Both the position numbers and the translations under genes were made by a program. Below the pieces are notes generated by a model that worked only from the letters and a program-made list of their open reading frames with translations, made no database searches and was not told where the DNA came from. This document shows, piece by piece, positions 10,722 through 22,500 of a stretch of DNA of 36,301 nt (the first letter of the stretch is position 1; each line of letters begins with the position of its first letter). Source of the DNA: Callorhinchus milii (lineage: Eukaryota); contig NW_024705531.1 of the NCBI RefSeq assembly GCF_018977255.1, positions 1 through 36,301 on the forward strand, written 5' to 3'.

Positions 10722-11642
10722 CTCATCACAACCAAAGCTGGGAAACAGTACAGTACAGTTAGTGACAGTCAGTGTAACAAACCCTCTCCCAACCGCCACC
10801 GTGGTTTACACCTTATTGAGTTCATATCAAGTCAATCTAAAATATATTATAATTTTACTAAACGCTACAAACTCTGGAACACATCCCATCAATCTTTTCG
10901 CCATGCGTTTCTCCCAACCCCCCACTCCTCATCCCCTCTATCCCTTTTCAAATCCCGCCCGAAAAACTTCCTTTGATATTCACTGTTTATATTGGGAATG
11001 GCTTTCGCCAATATTCAGCAGATTTTGATAAATGTTTGATCGACAATTTGTGGTTTGTGTTTGCGCTGAAACCTGGCTCACCAATAGCCTCTATGTGCAC
11101 TGAACATATTCCCTTGTTCTTTCTACCATTAAGTAATTAAGTGATAATTAACTTTGACACAACGCTTTTCACAGCAGGAAACGTCCCAAAGCACTTTACA
11201 TGAAACAGTTTCCAGCAAAAAGACTTTGTGATTAGTGGGAGAAAGACAATGTTGACACAGTAAGGTCCTACAAACATAAATGAAGTGAATGACGAATCTA
11301 TAAAAATAAATAATAGAGTGTGTATGGAGCAAGGATTCCTCCCCAATATTTCGCCATGCCAGGAACCGAATGCAGGTCTCCCGCTTCCAAGTGAATCTCC
11401 AACAAGAAAGCAACATGACTCCACATTGCGGTACACTACCAGCATTGCATTAGAGCTTCACCTCAGAAGATAAGGGGCCCAATTTCTGAACTGGGTCCTC
11501 TATACACAATCTTCTGACGCAGAGGTGTTCCCAATCACTGCTGTGTTGACTATTGCTGCCACATCTGTTTTCATGCCCAATTCATAACACAAACTTTTAT
11601 CTTTCAAGCTACCTTCAAACCCTTTGGTGCCCACTTGGAAAC

Positions 11643-12115
11643 ATGGAGCTGAAGCTGTTCAATTCATTATTGCTTTGCCGTATATGTAAGTCATTCTCCC
11701 TCACCATTAAAACAATATGGGGATTTACATCTGGTCTTTGTTTCACACGAATAACGTGTTATCTCTGGCTATAGTGACAACGAATGTAGTCAGTGTTGAA
11801 CCATCACAGGTGGAAGTTTCCGTTACTGAAGGCCAGATTGTAACCCTGAGCTGCACGTACTCTGCTGATTTCACCAACGTTTTAATGTTCTGATGCCGTC
11901 AGTAAACAGGGTAACTTCCTCTATACACACGTAGATATGATGTTAACGTGGTCACTTTCGGTGCTGAATTGGCAACACATTGTTTCAACACTAATCTGGA
12001 TACGAGGAGGGAGAGAACCAATGGAACTTTGCTCCCGGTGTCTCTCTCTGTCATGGCCACACATTGTGCCATCACACACTGTGTTACCGTCAGACTACAC
12101 CACTGTCCATAAACC
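11643..12115 (+). pseudogene. Decayed TCR V pseudogene (V5)
   Basis: Leader-like exon 11643-11685 (MELKLFNSLLLCRI, GTAAGT). V frame reads VSVEPSQVEVSVTEGQIVTLSCTYSADFTNVLMF*CRQ*TG*...THCAIT with three stops. RSS CACTGTG, 23 nt, CCATAAACC (12077-12115). The splice acceptor is not clear. Confidence 0.8.
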
Positions 12116-13099
12116 TCCATAGAGACGAGTAAGGGTTTCATCTCAGCACAGATGTTTGTGCTGACAGTTGACCTATTTCACAGATTGTGACTTTGCTGCT
12201 GTGTCTCTCAGAGGATACACTTAGTAAATTGCCAACCTCAAGCATAATGTGATAGAGTGGTTCAGGAAATGAAAGAGTGAAAGAAATGTTATGAATCCTT
12301 ACATTTAATGCAACGACTTATCATGTCTTCGAGATGCCCCAAATTGATTTACAGAATCTACTTTAAAGTGAGTTGATAGGTAATTGACTGACAGATACAG
12401 TCACTACACATCACGTTATATCATGTTTAATACTTTGAGTTGTCCCAATTTCATAACATATTTGCTCCTTTGGCCACAGATTTCGGTCCATTTCTCTCAG
12501 TGAAGGTTAACTGTGCACATTTCAGTGATATACTCTGTTGTCGTTAAACTTGTTTTGTGTGAATCAGAATTTAATCGTGTATTCAATTTCATTCCTAACG
12601 CTTCATATCATACATCACACTTCGTTTCCAAATTAGACTTTTTTCGCAGATTGAAGATAATTGTCAAAACAACCAGAGGAGAGACGGAGGGCATTTTTTT
12701 CATAATAGTCTTGTTACGGTTTACAATGTAAATTGTGAAATGGTGCAACAGATTCGATAACAGTTTTCGAAAAGGAATTGGACTGGAACTTACAAAGGAA
12801 AATAACATTGCATAGATAAGGGGAAAGAATGGGAAGTGCGATTGATTGTTTGCTCTTTTATCGGGTCGAAACAGTCACAATGGACAGAATAAGCTCCTTC
12901 TCTGCTTTCTAATCCACCATACTATTGTTCTATGATGTTAATCATATAAAGATAATTGATTGAAAAGAATTACTGAACTCGTGGAATTTTTGTTCTTGAC
13001 CTATTGAATGAAAGCACACCTCGTCATTGCGGAAGCTGGAGCCAATCACCTCAAATATCTCGCAGTTAATCAATGGGCATCTGCACAGAGTGCTGAACG

Positions 13100-13917
13100 A
13101 TGTGGGGAACTGTGATCTGGGTGGCACTGGCTGCTTTTCTGACAGGTAATTAATTCAGGCATATCGCCAACGTTACTGTCAATGTTCAACATTGAATGCG
13201 TAGCTTTTATTAGTGGAGTTTTGAAACTCAGTGTTTAGAGCATTGGCCTCACAAGCGAGAGCCCTGAGTTCGGTTCCCCGTAGGGAGAAACATTGGGCAA
13301 GTTTCCTTAAACCACACGCAGCACAAAAACATGTTTGGTAGTGGATTGGCGTATCGCTTTTACGCGGTTAATAATTAATTCAAAATAAAATATTGCCTCA
13401 TAAATTAGTCACTTGGTGTAAGCTTGTTTGTAGGTTTGCCCAATTGTTTGCCGCATTTCGACTGCAAAACATACAGTCGAATCACTTAACACGATGTTCT
13501 TTCAAGCGCTGTGAAACGTCTCGAAGTTGTGGTAAGGCACTATATCCAGCGTATAGAATATTTAATTAAGTATGTTCAAAGTAATTTTTATTTCACGCTT
13601 CTATTTCAGGTCTGAGCCGGGGAGATTATGTTACTCATTCGGATCCTTCAGTGACTGAGACAGAAGGAGGACAGGTGACTTTGGACAGTAATTATACTAC
13701 AACACTGAGCGACTATTGTTTGTACTGGTACCGACAGCTCTCAGAGAAACAACCCGCGTATATCCTCAGGAACTGTACAGTTCTCCCAGAACATAAAGCG
13801 GCTTTTGCTCAATCTCGTTTCTCAGTTGAGCTGCAGACCTCCAGAACATCCAACAAATTAACCATCTCCCAGTTAGAGGTGTCTGACTCTGCTGTGTATT
13901 ACTGTGCACTCAGCACC
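13100..13917 (+). CDS. TCR alpha/delta V segment (V6): open frame but lacks the first canonical Cys
   Basis: Leader 13100-13145 (MWGTVIWVALAAFLT). V exon 13610-13917 reads GLSRGDYVTH...QVTLDSNY...DYCLYWYRQ...ILRNCTV...SRFSVELQTS...SDSAVYYCALST. AGT (Ser) at 13687-13689 replaces the expected TGT. Same family as V1. Confidence 0.88.
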
Positions 13918-13956
13918 CACAGTGATGGATGCCAGAGACCACCTCGTACAATAACT
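13918..13956 (+). other. 23-RSS of V6
   Basis: CACAGTG, 23 nt, ACAATAACT. Confidence 0.93.
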
Positions 13957-15976
13957 CTCCTGGCTTTGTGAGGTGGCGCTGAGGCGAGCAGTCTGTTTCC
14001 AGGAAACGTCGGTCCTGTCTCACAGGAACCACGATCATCACAAGTCAACCTGTCTGCTGAAGGTTCACCAAATTGTGTGTCACCACATAAATAGAGGGTG
14101 AAATATCCAGCGAATCGAGTACAACAGGCGAGATTATGTTGGTTTACTGCAAATGCAGCAACAAAAAACATTTGATCTATTATATTTTTCGACTCTAAGG
14201 AAGAAGGTGGAATGCAGAAAACACACAGAATCAAAGCATTCGAAGAAAGGGATATTGTGTAATTTTGCAGAATATATTTTTCCGCTCTGTCCTCGCAAGT
14301 CAGGGGATCCAGTTTTTGATTCTCGTTCAGGCCGAAACGTTGAGCAAATGTAATGACTCTACACGCCTCTGTTAAACCAGTAGAAAGAAAAGAATGGTAG
14401 TTTGTCAATTTATGGATCTCTTTCCTTGGGGAACTATTCCCTTAAATCATTACAAACAATAATAATGTGTTGATCACTCAATCCCAGATTGGTTGCCTGC
14501 ATATTAGAAAGACATTTGACTTGATATTGATAATCTTTGGATTTGCTGTAGCGCCTTACCACCACTACGAGACGACTCAAAACGCTTCACAGAATCTACT
14601 TTGAAGTGAATCAAATCTAAATTTTTTGACTGCGGCAAATTGTACAATAGAGGGCGTCAATGTATTATCGTTTTCCAATTCTTGATGTTGAAAGTTTAAG
14701 TCAACTAAAATCGCGACTTTAAAATTTTCTCCTAAATTACGACGAAGTTCCGAAGAAATATATTTGGTATTCGCGGAGAATTTCAAAGAGTGGAGAAAAT
14801 AAGATAAAACTGATAAATTTTCCCTGTAATAGTACCTTCAAAATTAATAATAGTAATTGTTTAAAACACAAAATACGGCAGATGCTGGAATCTGAAAAAA
14901 AATCAGAGAGCTGGTAAAAGTCAACAGGTCATGCAGCATCCATGGAGAAAAGAAAGTTAGTCAACGTTTCGGATCCCTTCGGTGAAACTGAATAACAATT
15001 GTTTGTTCACTTAATCACTTAATCCACGATTGTTTGTGAAAATGCTGTGGGCAATGGTCTGCCGTTTATCGCCCACAAAATATACGGTCAATTCCCTTTA
15101 CATTATGTTCTGTGAAGCGTTAGAGATGTGTCGAAGACGCGAAGATACTATTATGAAATGCAACGATCATTATTATTAGTAGTAAACTAATAATTGGTCT
15201 GTCTGTTTAGCTGGACGTTAACCATAACATGGCACTGTTTGAAATATATCTCAAATTACTCTTTTGTTTTCCAGCAATGGCTGTCATGAGCAACCGTTTC
15301 TGAAGAACAATTGATGCTTGATCAGACAATGTTGGCACTTTGTTTCAATATTATTATCGGAACAACTTTTCAAGTCAACCCATGGATACGATTATGATCC
15401 TTCAAATAAAGCTAGTTCACTTTCCCGCTGTTATTTTTTTGGGGCTCAAAACGTGTGCAAAACATTCACCATGCGTAAGAGTATCCAATTCATCCAAAGA
15501 TTTCCATGTATTCCACCTACAAATGGAAATCCCAAAGATAGAATGTTGGAATGGAATACAAGCTCTCTCCCTGGAGGGACACATCTTTATTAACTAATTC
15601 CGTGGAGCATTAGACGCAAGTTGGCAAGAGCCAAAGCTTGGGTCCTCAGAGTGTGCGTTGGGTTACCTGCTTTAGTCTAACTGGCTAAAACTGCATAGCT
15701 TTCCTATCCAGCAAGCTTTTCCGCTATGTGTCCGTCTATCGCATTCATTTCCGTTAGGGCTACACATGTAGGGTTAACAGGAGCCGAATGAGAGGATTCA
15801 CTGCCCAAAGAGACTAGTGAAAGGCGCTATATAAAAGCAATCAGTTGTTCTTTCTGAAACGCGGCTGAGATGTCAATGAGGTGACGTAAGTCTGTGGCTC
15901 CGCCAATGCCAATAATCACTGCGGGTTATCAGCAAACTGATGCCACAGACACAACCACACGAACTGAAGAGTAGCA

Positions 15977-16860
15977 ATGAGGCTGTTTGCTGTGTGTCTC
16001 GTGCTGGGTAACTTTATGGAAGGTGAGGCGGTGCTGAGCTGATAGATTTCTGCAACAATTGGTGGAAGGAGTCCTGTAACTTAGAGAAGGGAGCGTTCAC
16101 CTCACAAACGAGAAGATCTTGGTTTGGTTACTGGGCAGGGTGAAAACGTAGGCAATTTTCATTACTCCACACACATAGCTCTGCTTACACAGGAGCTACA
16201 GGTATCCTGTTGCTGAACGCAGGGGTAGCAATCCAAATCAAATAGTAATGTGTTCGTTCATTCGACGTTACTTTGTGTAACACTACTATGCTTGAACAGC
16301 TGCCGCGTTTAGCCCAAAAATGTACACAACGGTTCACTTTACAGCATAATCTGTGAAGGACGTTCAAACGTCTTAACTCCGTGATAATGTTCTATAAAAT
16401 TCATTGATTATGGTTTTCTCAGTATTAACAAATAGCATGCTCGTAATGGCTTTCGGGTCAACGGACATCCAAAGGCGCTGAAAAACTAAATCAAATAAGC
16501 AGTAAATAATATATTGTTGTGCTCTTGCATGTTTACTACAGAACTCTGTGGAGCGGACACTGTCAGTCAACAGGCTGCTACGATGGTATGGAAAAAAGGA
16601 GATACTGTGACTTTTAATTGTACCTTTTCCACGAATGAGAGCGCTTTCTTTCTGTTCTGGTACCGCCAATACCCAGTCAAAAAACCAGAGTTTATGGTTT
16701 GGAGATTCTCATATAATAATAAAGAAACCAAAGGAGCTGCAATTGGAAATAGATTCTCTTCTCAGCTTGACATTATCCAGTCTGTCACCAGCTTATCCAT
16801 CTCTGAGCTGCAGGTGTCTGACACCGCTATGTATCTCTGTGCTATCACTCCCTCTGTTCT
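15977..16860 (+). CDS. TCR alpha/delta V segment (V7), apparently functional
   Basis: Leader 15977-16022 (MRLFAVCLVLGNFME). V exon 16542-16860 reads ELCGADTVSQ...VTFNCTF...LFWYRQYP...NRFSSQLD...SDTAMYLCAITPSV. Paralog of V2. Confidence 0.92.
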
Positions 16861-16899
16861 CACAGTGATGCAAACCAGCCAGAGCCTCGTACAAAAACT
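16861..16899 (+). other. 23-RSS of V7
   Basis: CACAGTG, 23 nt, ACAAAAACT. Confidence 0.95.
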
Positions 16900-17149
16900 A
16901 CACTGGCTATGTGAGCTTGGTCTTTCCAACTGATCAATTCAGATTATTCAGAGTCAGGTTTTGTGTGCAGCGAACCTCTTGGGAAACCACATTCACCACA
17001 AGTCAGTAGGTCTGCTGAAAGTCCACGTAATTATGTATCACAATTTAAAGTAAGTAAAATAAACTCTCGGTTGGGTGAAGCAGCCCAACTATAATAAAGA
17101 AATAGTTGAATGTGGCAGGAGAGGTAGATAAAGCTATTAAAAAAGAAAA

Positions 17150-17630
17150 CATACTGGATCCTATGCCTCATGAATAGGGGCATAGAATACAAAAGTCAGG
17201 AAGTTCTGATGAAACTTGATAAAACACTGGTTAGGCTTCAGCTTGACACTCTGCTCTGTTCTCGGCCCACAATTTATGCAGGATATCAAGGCATTTGAAT
17301 GGGTGCAAAGCAGATTAACCAGATTGAAGCAGGAATGAGGGACTTCAGTTTTGTATGGAGGAGACTTAATATAAATTTTCAAAATAATGAGGGAATTCTA
17401 TATGTGGAACAATGGGAAACTATTCCTCTTGCCACTGTGTCAAAAAGGACACCAATCTAAAATTTATGATGAAAGAAACGGAGGGGAGGGGAGTATATCT
17501 TTTTTTCGTACAGCGTGTTGTTCGGATCTTGAATCCATTGCCTGAAATTGCAGTGGAAACTGAAGCGATAACAAAGTTTAAGAGAGAAATTGATTACTTG
17601 GAGGTAAGATACGTTGCCAGTCGTTTCACC
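17150..17630 (+). mobile_element. CR1-type LINE ORF2 3' fragment
   Basis: Decayed frames resemble the CR1 C-terminus (NRGIEYKSQEVLMKL.KTLVR...ALEWVQSRLTR...NPLPEIAVETEAITKFKREID). Confidence 0.75.
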
Positions 17631-17754
17631 TTGGGAAAAGATCAGCTCAAACAAGATCCTGTGTAAAAACTTACCAACATTGCCGCTTACACTTCAAAAT
17701 TATATCGAAGTTATACTGATACAGGGCGTTTTACAAAGCCATGGAAAGTACAGC

Positions 17755-18080
17755 CTTACACCTGATCTTCGGAGGGTTGGTTGGAGTGGGTGGGGTGGGG
17801 GAAGAAGTTGTGGTCGGAGGGATTTTTGGTGGTGAGAGCTAATGAGACAGATTTTCGTTGGTGAAAGTTGTGATTGGAGGGCTGGAAGGAGAGGGTAGTA
17901 ACTGGGCGAAGTGGGGAAGCTGGGAGGAGTATCTGATGGTAAGGAGGAAAGACATTGGAAAGCGGTGATTGAAGAGGAGAGAGTTGAGATGGAGGGTCTT
18001 TAACCGAGTGGAATATGAAGGCTGCACGACTTATCCTGCACTCAATGGATAGCCGAGTAAATCTAAAAAATTTAGTCGCG
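17755..18080 (-). mobile_element. Probable decayed LINE (L2-like) fragment
   Basis: C-rich minus strand with an SDH motif (NPSDHNFF) like the end of an APE-type endonuclease. Weak similarity only. Confidence 0.35.
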
Positions 18081-19976
18081 TCGTAAATATATCCATGCTG
18101 ACAAAAAACATACACGGTTATTCTCCTCAAACACCTTTAGATGTCGCCATATAACAATACAACAAAGCGGTCTTTTATAAAGAAGCTTTCACATTGGGAG
18201 AAAGCCCAATTACCAGTGAGCACTGCAGATAAGGTGGAATACTATATCTTTTTGGAAAGAACACTAATGGCGCCACGAGAGGACCCGATTGTGATACCCG
18301 TGTGGGGCGAAAACTTAGGGAAGTTTCCTTATGTCAAAAGCCACTCCTTACCATGCAGTAAATTGGAATCCGGTTGCTAGCCCATTGGAGTATCGCTTTC
18401 TGGGGACAATAATTCATCCAACAAGAAACAAAGAAACAAAGAAACACAGAAACAGAGGGACGGACGGACGGACGGACGGACGGATGGATGTATAGATACG
18501 CGCATCAATAGGCACAGCAATAAGCACATCAATAAGCACAGCAATGAATATATACATCAAATAATATTTCGGTCTCTCAAACCACCATTATATCGGACCA
18601 CTGCTGTGCACAATTACCAGCCTCATTTCACTCACACAAAACAAGGTCATTCCAATTTGCAGTGTATGTTCAGAAGCAATTTTAGGTGTCTCAAAGACGT
18701 GATGAAGCTCTACCTGAAATTCGAGAAACTATGATTATAGGGATAAATTTGGTTTCATCATCATCGAAATTATCACCGCTTCCTCACACACAACCTCAAA
18801 ACGGAATTGTGCACCTAACTCATCATGGAAGTCAAAAATAAACTCAAGGTTCTGTTTCCATCGTTGATCAGCTCACCCTCAAACCCTCAATCACCTCGAT
18901 CCTCAGTACAGAGAAGTCTCATAGCGCTTCATAGAACATACCGTAAAGGACGGGCAAAAAACTGGTAGATGATTACACACATTTTTTCTTTCAGTGATCA
19001 AATTTTTATTGCTATGTCTATTTCTAAGTGATTTTTACCTTTGGAATGCTATCAGTTTATCGAAAGCAAGCGAGATCCTAGCCGTTGCTGGATAGACAGA
19101 TACGCGTGTGCGATTTGTGTCTGTGTGTGAGTGTGTATGTCTGTGTGTGTGGGGTAAATAAACTTGCCTAAGTTTTCAACGACAGACAGACAGACAGAGA
19201 TGCACAGAAATACAGACAGAGATACAAACTGGCTGAGGCACAGCTCAATAATAATCCTTAGTTTCGATACAGCGCTTTTTCATGTAGTTAACACTTGTTA
19301 AAGTTTCAAAGGATATACTGTGAAGTAAACATTGTAACATCTGCCTCCCCTTTCTTCTCTCGGTCATCGTGCGGCGCTACATCCCTGTATCACTCACTCT
19401 GCGCACTTCAGCATTTATAAATGCCCCAAACCTACACCACTTTACCGAATGTTTCCCTCCTCCTTCTCCAACATCGTCAATCGCATGATCAATCACAAGA
19501 ATCGCGGCTGCCTTGATCGGGCTCCCCACTCAGTTGCTGAACAATGTAATGGAACTCATTCCAAGTCAAAGGTGTGTTAGAAGCTGCTTCATGTGTCTTT
19601 ACCAACTCTCAGTAAGGTCCCACTCTACAACACACAGCCTTTGTCCCACTCTCAGTATCAGTTTATAATTCCTTTCGTTGGCTCCACGTCGGTTGTCCAT
19701 TTAATCCTAATTCAGCTTCAATAGTCACCACAAATCGCCATCTTCTGCCCGCTGATCTCTGGCACAGTGAATCAGTCCCTTTCCTCAAGTAGGGTCTCCC
19801 CACGCCGACCGAAATCCAACACCCCGCCCACCCCTCAAAGCCTCTGACACCAGCCATGATGTGACGCTGTTCAACACAAAGAAATCAAATCTCCAACGCT
19901 CTCACAGAGCAGCCCTGTGTTACTCACAGTCACTCTGAGGTGTCCGGGGTTGACGGTATCTCCTAGCGGTGAGAAA

Positions 19977-20734
19977 ATGTCTCTCCTCGGTGTCTCCATC
20001 AACTTCCTCTTCTTACAATGTAAGTTTTTGTTTCCATAACACAGCACTACAAAGCACCAATGAATGTCATCAATACGATGTGCAATATAATAATACAAAT
20101 CCTTGCATTGATACAGCGAATGATAACGTCAATGAGGCTTCTCAAAGTGCTTCATGGAAAATAAGGTGAATTGACTTTTTAGTGGTCGACACGTGGCAGG
20201 CAAATGAGATACATTTTTTTCATAAATGTATTTTATCATGCATTATAATAATTCTCATCAATTGATGTTATAACTACAATTCATTTTATGACCATCTTAT
20301 ATCAGTTGGCATCAACCGAAATAATTCCAAGCCTTGGGATGTAATTTTAATAGCAGTGGTTAGTATTGAAATTTTCTTTTACTGATGTAATATTTTGTAT
20401 AATTTTCAGATGTTTTCAGTGCCTCAGTAAAGCAGACGCCATCCTCTTTTAGGAAAGAAGAATGCGACTCTTTGACCATCAGTTGTGTCTTTGAAGAAGG
20501 GTACTATGATACATTCATCAACATTGAATTTCATATGCAGTTTGGAAAAGCACAGCTTGGAATCCCATCCCCGTGAAAGACGTTTTGTTGTAAAGGCAGA
20601 CAGGGCATCGAAGTCGTCTTCTCTGGAAATTAATGATTTGAAAGTTGAAGACAGCACTGACTACAAATGTACAGCGCGATACTCTTACCATAATACCACA
20701 ATGCTGTACCTGGGCTTCCGACAATACAAAAAAC
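19977..20734 (+). pseudogene. NAR-TCR V segment 2, frameshifted (pseudogene or assembly error), with RSS
   Basis: Leader 19977-20019 (MSLLGVSINFLFLQ). Exon from 20410 reads YVFSASVKQTPSSFRKEECDSLTISCVFEEGYYDTFINIEFHMQ and hits TGA at 20574-20576. The 3' half (RRFVVKADRASKSSSLEINDLKVEDSTDYKCTARYSYHNT) is in another frame, 2 nt shorter than V1 between ~20555 and 20580. RSS CACAATG, 22 nt, ACAAAAAAC (20697-20734). Confidence 0.88.
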
Positions 20735-21058
20735 CCCTTCACCAACTCACAGGAAAATCGCAGAGAATGTGAACTTCTCAATGTTTCAATACACATTCCT
20801 CACTGGTATGTGATGCACAATGATATGTAATAGCACTTCCTTGAGAAAACGACTTTTGTTTAAGAATACTTAGGAAAAGTGAGTGAGTATGAACCTGACG
20901 TAAGAGCTTTTTTGGATTCATGTAACTAGCAATTTATTACCAAGGCAGAGAGCATACAAAGATCTCCAAGGACAATATACTAAAGAACTTTACAGTTATG
21001 TCACTGATTGATCAGTTTTAAATGGCAGGAAACATTTTAATTGTTTCTTCAAATCATT

Positions 21059-21129
21059 GCTTTTTGTGTTGACGGTAAAACAATGTGTTAGCGGGGGAAG
21101 GCACACTGGAAAACATCAGCACAAATACC
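21059..21129 (+). other. NAR-TCR D segment 2 flanked by two 12-type RSS
   Basis: GCTTTTTGT, 13 nt (12 if the nonamer is shifted one base), CAATGTG; D coding TTAGCGGGGGAAGG (21088-21101); CACACTG, 12 nt, ACAAATACC. Confidence 0.85.
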
Positions 21130-21442
21130 ATACAGCTATTGACTTGTAAATGCATCGGGCGTGTCACTGATGATGGTGTCCTATTCTGCCTTGTTCAATG
21201 TGTCGAAATTTTGCTTTCGAAATATGTTAATTCAAGCAGATGTTTGCTGGAGCTTTATAGAAAAATGTTCTTATGGCCGTGCACTTTGTCTGTATTTGGG
21301 TGGAAATAATATCGAAATTAAACATGATTTGGAAGCACAAAATATTGGAAGATGGGACAGTGTTGGAGTGATAGCAATTAATGACCAATTTGAAATCAAA
21401 TCATGTTATTGGTGACTCGTTTACACCATGAACTGATTGCAC

Positions 21443-21535
21443 AGTTTTTGCACCTTGTAGATTGTGAGCCGTGTGACTGTGGTTTTAAAGAATATACCGA
21501 AGAAGGATCACCAACCTATGTAACCGTAACGAAAA
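21443..21535 (+). other. NAR-TCR J segment 2 with 5' 23-RSS
   Basis: AGTTTTTGC, 23 nt, GACTGTG (21443-21481). Coding 21482-21535 reads FKEYTEEGSPTYVTVTK and ends at a phase-1 GTAAGT donor. Confidence 0.87.
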
Positions 21536-22276
21536 GTAAGTGAGAAATGCACCTGCAAATTTGCAGTTCACATGAATTTTATTCACATGAATTCGTAAAA
21601 TGCTTTATTCGAAGTCATTGCTCCCAAATATATACAACTGAGCCATTTCAACAAACCACTTGACCGATTATGAAAAACAATTTGTTGTGGAAAAGATAAA
21701 TGAGCTCCGAAACTTGTTTCGCAAATAACCAGCTTTTATGTTGTGTTTTGTAAATTCACTGAATTAATCTGGGAAGTAGCTCCTCAGGAACAAGCACAGA
21801 GGAAATGTTGAACGAAATTAGGGTCATTTATTAGAGCCACGTATGTTGAGTTAAAGGACATATTAGAAATTCCCATCATCCTATAATGTTCCGAACAGTG
21901 TACAATTGAAAATGGTTACGTTTCATTGTGAAATATTGTATAAATTGCTCCTTCCAACAAACCGCAGTTTTGAAGTTCGGTCAATATTCTGAAATATGAG
22001 ATCACATTCCTCTCTCCATCTATGCTGGTGTGATCTCTGCAATATCTGTTGGTACAGGCAAATAGATACACAAGCATAACGAGAAATATTCTGTTTGACG
22101 AAATGAAAGATATCAAAGTTGAGCAAAGATTGAAAAGAGGAAAGAATGAAAGAAAGAACCAAACAAATATACAAGCAAACAAAAAACAAGAAAAGAAAAA
22201 CAAGCATGAAAAAAGATTTGCAAGCAAGAAAGTAACACGAGAAGAAAGAAAGAATGATTAAACGAGATAGAACGAA

Positions 22277-22362
22277 AGAGAGAGAGACAGAGAGGGAGCG
22301 AGAGAGAGAGAGAGAGAGGGAGAGGGAGAGAGAGAGAGAGATAGGCAGACACTCAGGCACGC

Positions 22363-22420
<58 letters not shown>
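22277..22420. repeat. Compound microsatellite (GA)n then (CAGA)n
   Basis: Directly visible. Confidence 0.95.
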
Positions 22421-22421
<1 letters not shown>

Positions 22422-22500
22422 AATCACTTTGCTTCTCTCTCAACTGAAAATGCATTGAGCGGCTCACAGACTGAGAGAAACTTATATTGGCAACAAACCA

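Noticed and set aside
10722-10976. ORF extensions past the RSS of the V exons (also 3463-3520, 5465-5601, 23927-24103) as extra protein domains
   Set aside because: They are read-through of the RSS and flank in unrearranged DNA and are removed by V(D)J joining. No J or C motif is recognisable.
15827-15840. TATAAAAG upstream of V7 (and at ~2329 for V2) as the V promoter TATA box
   Set aside because: It lies upstream of the CRE-like site, ~145 nt from the ATG, and is part of a SINE/L2-type tail (GTGAAAGGCGCTATATAAAAGCAA).
2475-16899. IgH-type V segments embedded in the TCR-delta locus
   Set aside because: None of the conventional V show IgH hallmarks (WVRQ.PGKGLEW, RFTISRD). All have TCR alpha/delta-type WYR..P...P.F/Y and YYCA patterns.
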